Assembly: GCA_012295275.1 (NCBI GenBank) | Contig: CM022665.1 | Location: 43,276,001-43,340,000, forward strand | Direction: 5' to 3' | Source of the DNA: Chrysomallon squamiferum | Lineage: Eukaryota > Animalia > Mollusca | DNA length: 64,000 bases | Shown here: positions 27,801 through 40,658 of the stretch, one piece after another | How positions within the stretch are numbered: the first letter of the stretch is position 1 | How the letters are laid out: the number at the start of each line of letters is the position of its first letter | Made by a program: the position numbers and the translations under genes | The notes under the pieces: generated by a model | The model's database searches: none | What the model saw: only the letters and a program-made list of their open reading frames with translations | Told to the model about the DNA's origin: nothing

Positions 27801-30800
27801 ATGAAAAAAGATATAAATTATACTGGAAAAAAAAAACAAAGAATTTAAAAGCTAAAAAAAAATATTGGTGAGAGTGCCATTCGACAAAATTGCCTGAAAC
27901 TTAACCAGAAAAAGAAAAGCATTTTTTTTTTTTTAAATTTAATTGGTTGTTGTTTTTGTGTGGGAAGCAGAGCAGAGCTATCTACCAGAAAACCACCATA
28001 CAAAAAAAAAAAATTCTGTCATGGATTCAAACTCTTCAGTATATTACTACTACATTAAAGCTAATAATGGCGAAGAAGCATCCACCATACTGAAAATGAA
28101 TAACGTGATACTGGAGATAAACATCTTATAATTTTACTCTGCTGTGGCATCTCTCAACTTCAGAATCTGTCTGGAAAGTGTCTGCTTTGATAAAACTTTA
28201 ATATGAGTGTTGATCTTATTAACATGATGGTATCTGCTTGGAGGTGTCCTATCACCTGCTGAAATCTACTAGTTGTAGAGCCTCTGTTCCAGACCTATAC
28301 TAATTCATGGCAGCTGGGTTCCTTTTTTCTTCTTTCTACGTGGTTTTAAAGATCTATCAAATGTCATTCTAGCACATCTGATGTGTTGGAAATTGTGTTG
28401 CCTACCTTTAGGTCAGGTATTAAAAAATGCTTCTTCACCTGTTTAGAAATTTATCTGTACAAACATCTTTCTAACCATATTCAGTAACAACATCATCAGC
28501 AAAATGTGTTTACATTTCTGAACATAAAAGGAAGGGATAACAGCTCAGTATTTCCAACACAACCAGAGACATTATTTGTCCCAGGACCAATCCCAAACAG
28601 TGCACCATTTGTGCTATATCCTATCTTGGCTTGCATGCAAAATATATCATTACATGTCTATGGAAAAATATATTAATAATAATAATAATAATAAAAAACG
28701 GAGACAAAGATGAAAAAAAAAAGAAATAAATAATATAAAGTATAATTATATACAAATAATATTTAAACTTAAAAAGACATACTGCACAACATTTTTTTAT
28801 AAAAAAATGTTTTATTGCTGGTAGATTTGTATATCCCTCTTTCCCCGAAAAACAACATCTAAATATAATCATATTTTAAAGTGATTCTGCATGTGAATCA
28901 ACAATACCTGCTATTTTAGAATGAATCCAATGCCAACTGCAGCTGTAAGAAAATAAAGATGAGAGTAAAGTGTATCATGATAAATGGTCCCAAGGGTCCA
29001 GAAAGTATGAAGGTGATGAAAAGTCATCTGTATGACCAGGCTCTGGAGGCTGTCCACTACAGACAAGTTTGGACAAGGTAAAGAAAAGGTCAGAACACCA
29101 GTAATCATCTTGCATCAACACACCTGTAAGCTCTTAAACACCAACTTAAAAGTCAAAACTGGTTTTGATTTAAATGATTACAGGGCAGGTGAACATATAC
29201 ACCTTGACAAGAAAAACCTGTGGCTCTGATTTACTGTTCTGAACATTTTAGAAATTATTTTCTTTACTATGTATTTCATACTAAGACTTCAACTTTTTAT
29301 GAAGATCTATCCCCCTTTTTTTTCTTTTTTTTTATACCAATTATTTATCATACCTGATATTTTGTCCAATGTAGCAGAATAAGAAAACAAACACCACAAC
29401 CCACCGCCCCCAAAAAATAACCCCAAAACAAAAAGTTTTTCCTCAGGGCTACCATGGAAATAAGAGTTTTCACTTTCTTGTGCTATATATATTTTTTTTT
29501 TCAAAATTATCTATGTGTTTTCATTATTTTACAAAATAAATAAAATAAAATCTCCCAAACAATGATTAATAGGTTATATAATGTACACAAAATATAATTC
29601 TTGCCATCAGATTACAATTAGTGTTTATTTATTTTATGTTGGTAAGAAGACTGAAAGGATTGTTAAAAATGTTGTGTTCACTTTTAGGGCAAATTTTTTT
29701 AATCTAAACCCAGGTGAATCAACAAATTGCATTTTATTTTCACAAAGCTAAAGATGGTTAATTTCACAATTTGAAGTTTGCTTTCGGAAGCCTACAGATA
29801 ACAAAAAAGCTTGGTGAAAATTATACAGGCTCTGTTAAAGATCTTAAGGGTTTATTTCTCACTCTTTTAAAAGTTTTTATGAATTCTTTTTCCCCTTATT
29901 TTTGCACAAATTTTGTGCTTTGCTTTTAGATGGTTGGATTTTTGTTTTACATAAATTATGAAAAGTCAGTTTCAGAGATATGATAATTTCCTTTCAAAGA
30001 CTGTGATTAATATTAAGCTAATATCAGTAAATGCTTTTTCTTTTCACTTACACACACAACTATATGATTAAGCTGTAGACCATAGAGTTTGATCGGTGCA
30101 ACATTACCAATAAATCAATGTAGTTAACTGACCATAGCCATAAAGAACAGAGACTGACCATGAACTGTCTGCCAGACCGATAATGAATCCACAAATTAGT
30201 TCAATGGTCCACATATCCTGATAAGCTGTGACTGTATAATCACAATAATTTCTCTTGCTGCTACACATGTTTGTTCATGCATGTTTCTTTTCACAAATTA
30301 GTTACACAGCACTAGATGACTGATGCAGGTTTCACTGAATAAAAAATAAAAAAATTGTTTGGGCAATCCATGAATGAAGAGACTATGCAAGTTATATTAA
30401 TACCTGTATTTAACAGTTAATATTTTATTTCAAGCACAGTGGTCTCCCAACCAACCATGACTTTGTGTATCAAATGCTGATGTGAATGGTTTTATTAAAA
30501 AAGATGCATACAAAAGATCACTTGCATGTAACTGATATAAGCATCCATGAATTGGGATTGGCAGGTTTCAGCTTAGCAAGTTAGTCTTTGCATTACAGAA
30601 TGAAACAACTGGCATCTAATAATTATACTCAGATATAATAAAATCATACATACACACACCATTCTTATACCTACCTAACTCATGAATGCTGTAATTCCAC
30701 CAATATACTTGAAGTCAAGATCACTGCAGTAATTCCACGATCTGCTTAATAGTTATGAAGTACAAGGTTGGAACACATATAAGCTCAGCTCCAGCAAATC

Positions 30801-33800
30801 AGAAAAATGATAAGAATGCAACTATGATAACTTAACCTGCTCAGACAACAACAGGCAAATTACAATACATTTGCCAAACCTTCTTACTTACAGAATAGCA
30901 TTATCAAATAAATCTCACTTCTGAATGTCTAAAAACATACTGATAGACCATTTCTGAATTCAGCCCTGACAATAAGGAAGAAACAGTCCATTAGTAAAAC
31001 CAGCAGTCAGTTTTACCTTGATTTAGTGTAATTGTCTTCCAAGGTATTAACAATTCTGACCTACTTTCTAACCCTGTAGGTGTGGAACTCATAATACAGG
31101 TCAAGTATTTTGTAGATAAACCAGACAGAATTAAACACAAATGTTGCCATTAATATATTACTGGTTACAATGTTACAAGGTTACAAGTATTTACTTTTTA
31201 ACATGTTTTATCATGGTTTATGAGCTAAAAATATAAAAACAAAAACAAATAAATAATAAAAATAAATAAATTTAAAATACCAATAATTCTGATATTTATT
31301 TATTTTATGCAAGCTGTAATCAAAAGCAAAATATTACAGATAAAAATAATAAATGGGTTTTGTTGTTTTACAGTCTACAAGCAGAACCTGAATTTTGATT
31401 TTTGTAATTAGCTGTAGATTTTTTTCAGCCAAATTATATGAACAGAAGTAAACTTTTTCAAATTTATAAAACAATGCAACAATTTCAAAACATAAAAGCA
31501 TGGTTGCAATTCAGTTAAAAAGACAATTTTTTCATACCAAACGGGTAATTTTCCTAACAGGAGCTTCAGCATATGTAGGTGTATGAATGTGTGTATTATG
31601 TATGCATGCTTTCATTTGCACTCTATATAGCTGCTATAACATTAACACTTTCATCTGGGTAAGAAACCTAATAACCATCAAAATAAAAATTTGCAGTAGT
31701 GTTGTTAAGCATTGAACATTCCAAGACATCAACAAAACCCTCAGCAATAATACTCTAATAACATCTACTCTGACATAAGCTTTTACTTTGTGGCTGACAT
31801 GACATTGACCTATCAGCTATTAACCCTGCTAAATACAGTTTTATTACCTTACATCACACCTTTCTCCATGCATCAAAAGCTGCAGGTGCTTCATGAGAAA
31901 ATCTGTCTGACCTATGGAAAAGAAGTTCATCTTGATCTCACAGTAAACAGCAAATCCTGATTAACAACTAAATGTCAGTAACAACATAAATCAAAATTAT
32001 AAACAATGAACAAAATAATACAGGATCAAACCATTGTCACCACCCCTCCAAACAAAAAAAAAAAAATAATAATAATAATAAAAAGGATAAGAAAAATATG
32101 TCATCCTCAAAATCTAATTTCCTAACTTATCTTATATATGGATCTATTGATTTTCTTTGCTGAAAGAAGTTAATCATGTGAAATCAGAAACTTGGATCAG
32201 ATGCAGTTTTTAATTTTATTTTAAACAAACTCAATTTCAGCTGGAAGGTTCTTTCAAGAGAACTCTGCTTTTGTTAAACCTGATAGCTTCATGTTTCAGT
32301 TGACAGACTTGATATATTTACATCCATCAAGACAAAACTGACTTTCCAACAAGAAATTTTCTATTAATATAAGCTTTCTTTTATTTGGAGAGAAATTATT
32401 TAAAGCTTTTTAATATTACAGAATCAAAATTGTTTATTTTTAATCCCCAAGATAAACAAGTGAACTACCATGAACTACACAAACATTTTAAATAGGCTTA
32501 TCCATGCATATGACCAAATCAATAAATTATTTTTAACAGCATGTGAACACATTCACTAAACACAATCATAAACATATCAAGCAAAACAGACAACTGTAAC
32601 ATATGCCATCTGGTAATTCATGTAATTATGTCTTCTAGATGTTAAACAGAATGTATTTGCTTATGAATTAGGCTTTCTTATTAATATTTGTGGGTTTTTT
32701 TTATTTTTTTTTTTTTATTTATTTATTTAAATACTTAATTATTATTGTAGAACTTGATTTTTTTGTTAATTGCTTGTTGCTTGGAGCTCATCTTCAGAAA
32801 ACAAATAATTTTTTTTTTTTTTTTGAAATGGTCATCCTATATGCTTTAATGATTCTTATACAGGTTAATGGTGTAATACTAAACAGCTGGTAAAAATAAA
32901 ATTACTATGAACAATTTAATTGGACAACAATCTCAACTCAACATGCAAACTAGCTAAAATATGGACAGCTAAGTTGAAATAATTTTAGATAAGACATATT
33001 ATGGATAACAGTACACCTTGGACAATGATTATATGAAATTATTTAATAATATTTAATGATGTGTCCACTGAGTTTAAAAGTAGTTACACAAAGTCAGGTA
33101 ACAATTTTATCTGTAGTGGTGTTACATAACTAAATATTACTAATGTATTGCTATTAATTCTAATGTGAAACCCAGTCTAATAATTTGTATTTATCTAGTA
33201 TCTGTTCTTTATTACAAAAACAATTTTAAAAAATATCTCATCATGGCTCTGGGAATGAAGAACAAGTACAAGAACAACATTAAAAACAACAACAATAACA
33301 ATAATTAAAAATAAAAATATAAAAATTTAACAATAAGACACATGCCTCTCACTGTAAGCTTCCACACAATGAGAATTTACTAGAGTTGCATCTCTTATTG
33401 AATCATTTTACTTGCAGATTGAGCAATGCACTGAAAATAGTTTCACATACAGACATATGGCTCTGTCACTTATATGAACATGTACATCACGTAGTAAACT
33501 GCAGTAAGGCAATAAACGTACAGATAATGACCGAAAGCCACATGCATGTTCAGCATCGTTCTAAAACCTCGTCACTCTTCACATTGCACACAGTTGAATG
33601 GATCGGTTGCATGTCTTAGTAAACTGGTCTTTGGTGGATGGGTTTGACTTAATTCTGGCATACTTCCATTAGATAACTATTCATGCATTCCTGCTATGGG
33701 CACTTCCAACTTTGCTCAAGATCTCTTCACCACATGAAGCTTGTCTTCACAAACATGGGATTGCTTTTATCTTCAGATATTTGGGACAAGTAAATCGAGG

Positions 33801-36800
33801 CAAGGATAGTCAGAATCAACTAGTCAGTTTCTTATCAGTGTTATTTCATACACTTTTTAATCACTGACACATGTGAATATATTATGAAATAGTTCTGCAA
33901 CTGCAATTATTATTTTCCTGTCTGTAGGAAGGCATATACAACAGAACCGGCAACAGTAACTTGTCAGGCGAAACATACATTTTAAAAGGGGCATTTTCCC
34001 AAAAGAAAAAATTAAGTAAGTGAAAAAATAAATAAAACAATAAAAAGAACATGAGAAATGTTGGATACATCTCCTAATTATGTAAAATAAAAAATATACA
34101 CTTTAATACGGCTTGTAACAATGTAAATAACAGCAGGTATTTGGCACTTCACATTTATTCAGATATTTGTTGGTTTTTTTCCCCTTCTTCCACTATTTTC
34201 AACTACTAGTAAGGATAACTATCTAAAGAAAACAAAAGTATTATCTTTGATTGCATCAAGTTAACAAAGTCAGACATGCCTAGCAGCAACTGTCTGACAT
34301 ATTGCCAAGTCAACATATTTTTATTTTGTACCTGCTTGTTGTTGCAGAATTTAAAAAAAACATGCTTCCACATTTTTATTAATAATAAAAAGTTTTACAT
34401 AAAATAATTTTACTCAGAGCAGTTATATACAATGATATGATTTGGGAAACTAATTACCACCTTTACATTATAACAACAACAACAACCATTACTGATTAAC
34501 AGTGGATATATTATATATTTTACATAACTGCATGTAAGTGATATACTTTTCCAAAGTCATGAAAACACAGACTAACATCTGGTGCTTTCCATTTTGCAGT
34601 ACTGGGGGTGGGGGAATGTGAGACACAGCAACTGGTTCAACAACAAAGAATAAATCAACGAATGTTTAACGACACCCAAGCATGAACAACAGAATGGCTA
34701 CTGGGTATCAGACTCATGTATGAAATTTATTTATAAAAAAAAAATAAAACAATAAAATAGTATAAAATTTCAAAAGTTTATAAAATACTGGGTAAAAAGA
34801 TCTGTGCAAAATGTAACTATGGTAAAACAAGGACTTAATTGTGTATATCATATATCAGGGCTTTCAACAACCAATTTATATACTTTTCTTTTTTATTGCT
34901 ATTTTATTTATATATATAAAAAATAATAAAAATAAAAATAAAAATAAAATATACATTGTACCAAAGTGTTTCTTTGTTTACCTGTATACCAGTAAATAGA
35001 AATGAAATATGGGAGCTTCACACTGTGAGGTTTTTGTTACAAATGCATTTAGCGTACAAAGACCCATTGAAAAGCAACATGGCTGGCTGCATTATCTAAA
35101 TATTTATATTAAAGACCAGCTGTACACAAACTGGTATGAAAAAAAAAAAACCCTGTTGTGTTCATACTTGGCTATTAAAACCACTTGTGTCTGTTTTATT
35201 AATCTAGGTTATCAATCCAACATATGCAGTTATGCAATAACTAAACATTTAAAAAACAAAATGTTAATATTATATAATTTTTTAAATTAATTCATTTTTT
35301 TTTTTTTTTTTTTTTTTTGGAGTGATGTAAATCTTCAGATCTCATGACTTTATAAACTTTATTAGTACATGACTTGTTAAACACAAACCACAGTCAAATT
35401 ATTAATATACAGGTAAACTCTCATATTATTTTTAATTAATTTTCACTTCTTTCATTTATTAGTAGAAACATTAATTTAGACACTGCCCCAATATGGTCTG
35501 GATTATACTGCTGAATATTTTACCTATAAATCACTATAAATTACTATAAATCACAATTCCCCAAAATCTAAAATGCAGTCTATTTGTTCCAAAAGATTTT
35601 AGAAAAAAAAGAAGAAAAAAAAGATCATCCTTCATTTCTCTCTGATACATATACACAGTGTACAAATAAGTACTTTTGAATCCAGCTCAATCCCTCACAT
35701 ACACGACAAAAAAAACAAATGGCACTGCTTACAAATGGGTTCAGTACTGTCACAGTTTTAGGTATTAACATAATATATAGATTTAAAAGCCAAGTAAAAA
35801 ACTTAGTAGTTAACCATTTGCAATAAATATTAACACAATAACTTATTGTAAGAGGACTAGTCTGGCAATAATTATACAACAGTATGCCTTTTATGAATTA
35901 TCTCAATGAATTTTTTTTATATGTTATTTGTTATTTAATTACCATGTATCATGTGTATTATTTTACCAGATAAATTTTAATTCAGCTTAACATCAGCACA
36001 CTGGAATATTTTGTTACTTACACTTGGAACATAATGACATTGATTTTTGTTAAAGACATTAAACAGCGTCTGCAATATCTAAAATGTGAAGCTGCAAATA
36101 ATTTTTATTGATTTTAGCCATCATCATAAAGCCTGAGACCCATTTAGTAACATGTCTCTAAATATAGCTTCAAATATTAAATACCAAACATGCACAATAA
36201 GCATGAACCCAACCACAACTATCTTCACTGTAACAAACTGTACACAGTTTTTTTAATAAACTAATAATTGAGAAAAAAAAAAACTTATTTATTTATATTT
36301 AATGCTTATTTGATTACTGTAACTGCATTTATCATACAACTGTAAAGAAGTTATTTATGGGGGAATAATTACTACTAGTTTTACGTTTTCAGCTGATAAG
36401 TACAGAAAAACATTTACACTTCTGTATATATATGCACGTTATGGACAAATGTCATTCATAGAATATAATATAGCTAACTAAAAAAAAAATATATACACTT
36501 TGGATATAATTAATAAATATTATTAAAATGTAACATTATTATTATTATTTGTTTTTGTTGTTTTTTTTTTGTTTTTTTTCCCTGCGTGTTTATATTTTAT
36601 TCGACCAACCAGTTACAATCTAACATGACGTGTCGATCATCTGTCATAACCACCTCCATACTGAATTTATAAAACCGAGATCACTAATGTTAGCAACATG
36701 TAATGAAACAGAGCACATTAATAACTGAAATGCAAAGCATGACTAACGGAATTAAACAGTTACTGAAACAACCACTTGTTTCAAACGCGAAATAATGTCA

Positions 36801-36915
36801 TTTCTCGTGCCTGCTTCTATTCATCACGTGTCGTAAGTTGCGAACGAGGAGTGTCTACCCTGAGGTTTTACTTCATCCTTGACGACCAATATATCATTTA
36901 AACAATACATAATGT

Positions 36916-37110
36916 ACTTACCTAAGATATGCCGGTCAAATCCAATATTCGGAGGGTATATTAAGGTTAACTATGGAGCGAACAAAGACGGTATTTCAGT
37001 GGTATAAATCCATCTCTCTTCCTTGCTAGATTCGGCGCTTATGATCTCACCGTCTGCATTGCGTTTGTTGATTGGACTCGGTGGTACCTAACTGACCAAT
37101 CGCCGCCGGG
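36916..37110 (-). promoter_or_regulatory. Probable major promoter and non-coding first exon of the klarsicht-like gene
   Basis: CpG-dense patch with two opposed CCAAT boxes (ATTGG 37071-37075, CCAAT 37096-37100) and a consensus minus-strand donor TAG|GTAAGT (intron starts 36921). CpG-poor sequence begins just downstream on the minus strand. The ATG at 37013 opens only MDLYH-stop, so the exon is probably 5' UTR. Confidence 0.6.
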
Positions 37111-38655
37111 TATTGATTCGAAGTACAAAACTGAATGGTTGTAACAAGTTCATCGGAATTACTCAGGCGGTGCGGTGTGAACAAATATACTTACTGTCCG
37201 AAATTTAAAATTTACATTTTGTCTTAAATCTTTGTAATAGTAAGATACATGACCTTACTGCACTGTCTAAAGAAAATAAATATATAAATAAAGAAAGAAC
37301 ATTCTCTGCGATAATGGCAAAAAAAAAAAAAAAAAAAAACTGCTTTTGCAGTTGTATGCAAACTAGACAAAACAATAAAAATTGGTTTTGTCTTTCTTTC
37401 TTTCTTTTTTCCTTTTTTTAAATTTAAAAAAAAAAAAAAAAAATCTATTTGAACTCTTTCTGCTCTGTGTTGTTTTGTATCCACGCGCATGTTAAAATTG
37501 TACGTTTTTATTGTCATTTTTTTTTTGTTGTTTGTTTTTTACGTTCACTTTATTTTTTTTTATTTTTTTTATTTTTTTATTATATAAAAGAAAATCGAAC
37601 AATATTGCAGTTCGATGTTCTGTATTTACATCTATATTATAAAGTAAATAAAATTTAGAAATGCAGTATTTTATTTGTCGCGACGCATGAACAACCAGTG
37701 CGTTTTAATTTAAATCTTGCATGAATTTATTAAATTATCTTCACGTTCACTTCTTTATATACTTCTCTAGTTTATGCTGTGGTGTCATTGATTCACACGC
37801 ACACACACACACACACACACACGCACACGTATATACTACATATTTATTATTAATTTTTTCTCTTTTTTTTTTTTACCTTAATAGTTTCTTTATCACAGGA
37901 CTTGTTCAGAATTTCATCTTTCTGCTTCAGCCATATTTCCGTGGATTTGATACAGTCGATGATGGGTTTTATATCCATTTTGGGAAAATAAAAGACACCT
38001 ACAAAAAATAAAAATACAAGGGTCTATATCAGTGAAATGCGAAAATTAAATCTATATATACACACACACGTACATATTAACAATACAGAATTTATTAAAT
38101 TTTTTATGATAATAAAAACAATCAAATTAAAATTATTAAATTTTTTACTTTTAAAAGTTGTCAGCTATAAGATGAAAAGAGAGACTGTTATCAAGAAGCA
38201 GTAAATAATCTTTGTTATTTTTCCAGTAGACATCAAAACTAACGTGGTATTTTTCTCTTCACGTTTTTTTTTTTATTTTTTGTTCAAAGGGATTTGCTGT
38301 GTTCCTTCAATTATTATTATTATTATTTTTTTATATCATTACTTATGTCTTAAATTATCTCTCCAAATTACAATTTCCTTTCATAAATCAAACCCAAATA
38401 ATGTTTAATAATTTTAGAATGTGTTTAGTTTAGAATGTTCTATGTGACTTTTTAATTTGTATTTACTTATTATTTATTTATTATATTTTTTTAAGTTTAA
38501 TTAATTTATTTATTTAATTTTTTTTTTTTTTTTCCCAATTCTTAAATTGAAACTAACCGACGCTGCTATTTGCTATTTTAATTTCTGAATTTAATACGCT
38601 TATTAAGCTGTATTTATCATGCCGTTTTCAGTTATTTATTTATTTATTTATTTAC

Positions 38656-38692
<37 letters not shown>

Positions 38693-39935
38693 GTTTTTGT
38701 TGTTGTTGTGTTGCATTTTTTCAAAAGGAATTTCGCACTTCAGTTTAATATAAAATGTAATTACATTTTTGCATCTCGTATTATTTACATGTGCCATGTT
38801 GTCTTTTTGGTACTTGATTAAAAACAAAGTCCAGTACTTTTATTATTGAATATGTATGTGTTTGTACGTATGTACGTCTTTGTGCGCCATTCTTTCGCTT
38901 ATAACGCATTCGGTTGCTTTCACTTCAGTGTTATTTTGTATGTTTGATTCATAGTTTTAATTTTTAGTTTGTTATTGTGCCTTCACTTTTGTGTTACTGA
39001 TTATACAGAGAAACGAAATTTGGATTTTTCCTCTCCATTATGTACATAAAATTAAAATATGTCAGACTGATATGTTTCTGTGTAACGTGTTCGGTGCAGA
39101 ATTAATTATATATATTTAAACACGGATTAAGACAAATGTTTTGTTATTATATTAAAACTGAATAAAACTTGTATTATAGATAGTACGTACTACAGACGTC
39201 TGGTAGATATGAATATCTCAATATTTATAATTTGTCAGTTTTCTCCTTTTTTTTATCTTAGATTATACTGCAACGTATATACTTATCATATAATTCGTAA
39301 ATATATATAATTAATAAAATAATGTCACACATACATATAAATGCTCAATATACTGTCTGTTGTTCGAATCATTTTATTTATTTAATAAAGAAATAAAGAA
39401 ATAATATTAATAAAGAAATAAAATAAATAACTTTCTACTTGAATCAACCCGCCATTTCCATTCCACACAATAATCGTCAGCTAACAGCAAAGATATTTTA
39501 TATGTTCTTGCTTAAAGACATAAAAGTATATATTAGGCTACAACAAGCAAACCGCCAAAAAATGGATGCCCCAGAAAGGACCGTTTTTCACCACAAAGCA
39601 CATAAATATATCTAATTTTTCCCCTCTCTCTTTATTTAGTCTGTACAAAATGAATTTCTTTGCACTGGTAAGGGTAACCATTAAGGTGTATTGTTGTTTA
39701 TATAAATCGATTACGTCTGGTCCATTTATCGATTGGTTTGGGCTATCGGGAAAATGGCTGGCAGGCACTTGTTTAAATAAAGGCCATTTATTGGCACAAA
39801 GGTGTGAAACTGGTCGATCTATTCAAATCCATTCTGGACACAGTTAATACATAAAATTCACTATCTAGTTATTTTTAAAACTTAAATAATTATAAATATA
39901 ATTACATTTAATAAGAATTTCAAAAAAAAAAAATA

Positions 39936-39948
39936 ATAATAATAATAA

Positions 39949-39987
<39 letters not shown>

Positions 39988-40000
39988 AAATAAATAAATA
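39936..40000. repeat. (AAT)n/(TAAA)n compound microsatellite
   Basis: Direct reading. Confidence 0.88.
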
Positions 40001-40503
40001 AAATAAAAAGAACAGTAATATTAGCCAAAATTATTTTTAACAATCGATAAAATATGTTTAAAAATAAATGACAATAATAAATTAAAACAAAAATGGCTAT
40101 AAGAACTCTTTACACAGTTATTCATCTATGTTTGTATTAACGCTGTTCCCAAACGCAAATATTTGATGTGACATATCATTGGTTGTTTTTCATCCAATAA
40201 TATTTCGTTTCGCATGCGCACGTTGTGCTAACAGAAATTTCATTTGCGATATTTCGTTTCCCGGTCGTTGATAAATGAAACACGATAAAACGACAACACA
40301 GTGGAGGAATAATGAATTGTCAACAGAGGACTAATGTTGGTTGTGGACTTTCAGGCTGATTTACATTTTACGTTTTTTTTTTTTTTTTTTTTTTTTTTGT
40401 TTTTTTTTCTTCTTGTTCTTCTTTCAACATTTATTTTTGTTATTGTTTATCTTTTCTTTTTCTTTCTTTTTACTTTCTCCCCTAATCTTTGTTTCACACT
40501 TTC

Positions 40504-40507
<4 letters not shown>

Positions 40508-40549
<42 letters not shown>

Positions 40550-40582
40550 TGTGTTTATCTTATTTATATATTTTTATTATTT

Positions 40583-40657
<75 letters not shown>
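40508..40657. repeat. Adjacent (ATT)n and (CT)n microsatellites
   Basis: (ATT)n at ~40508-40549 and (CT)n at ~40587-40657; these produce the poly-I, poly-L and SL ORFs in the track. Confidence 0.93.

Positions 40658-40658
<1 letters not shown>

Noticed and set aside
35718-35760. AATGGCACTG seed-like match to the miR-183/263 family
   Set aside because: The match does not extend to a mature miRNA and there is no convincing precursor hairpin.
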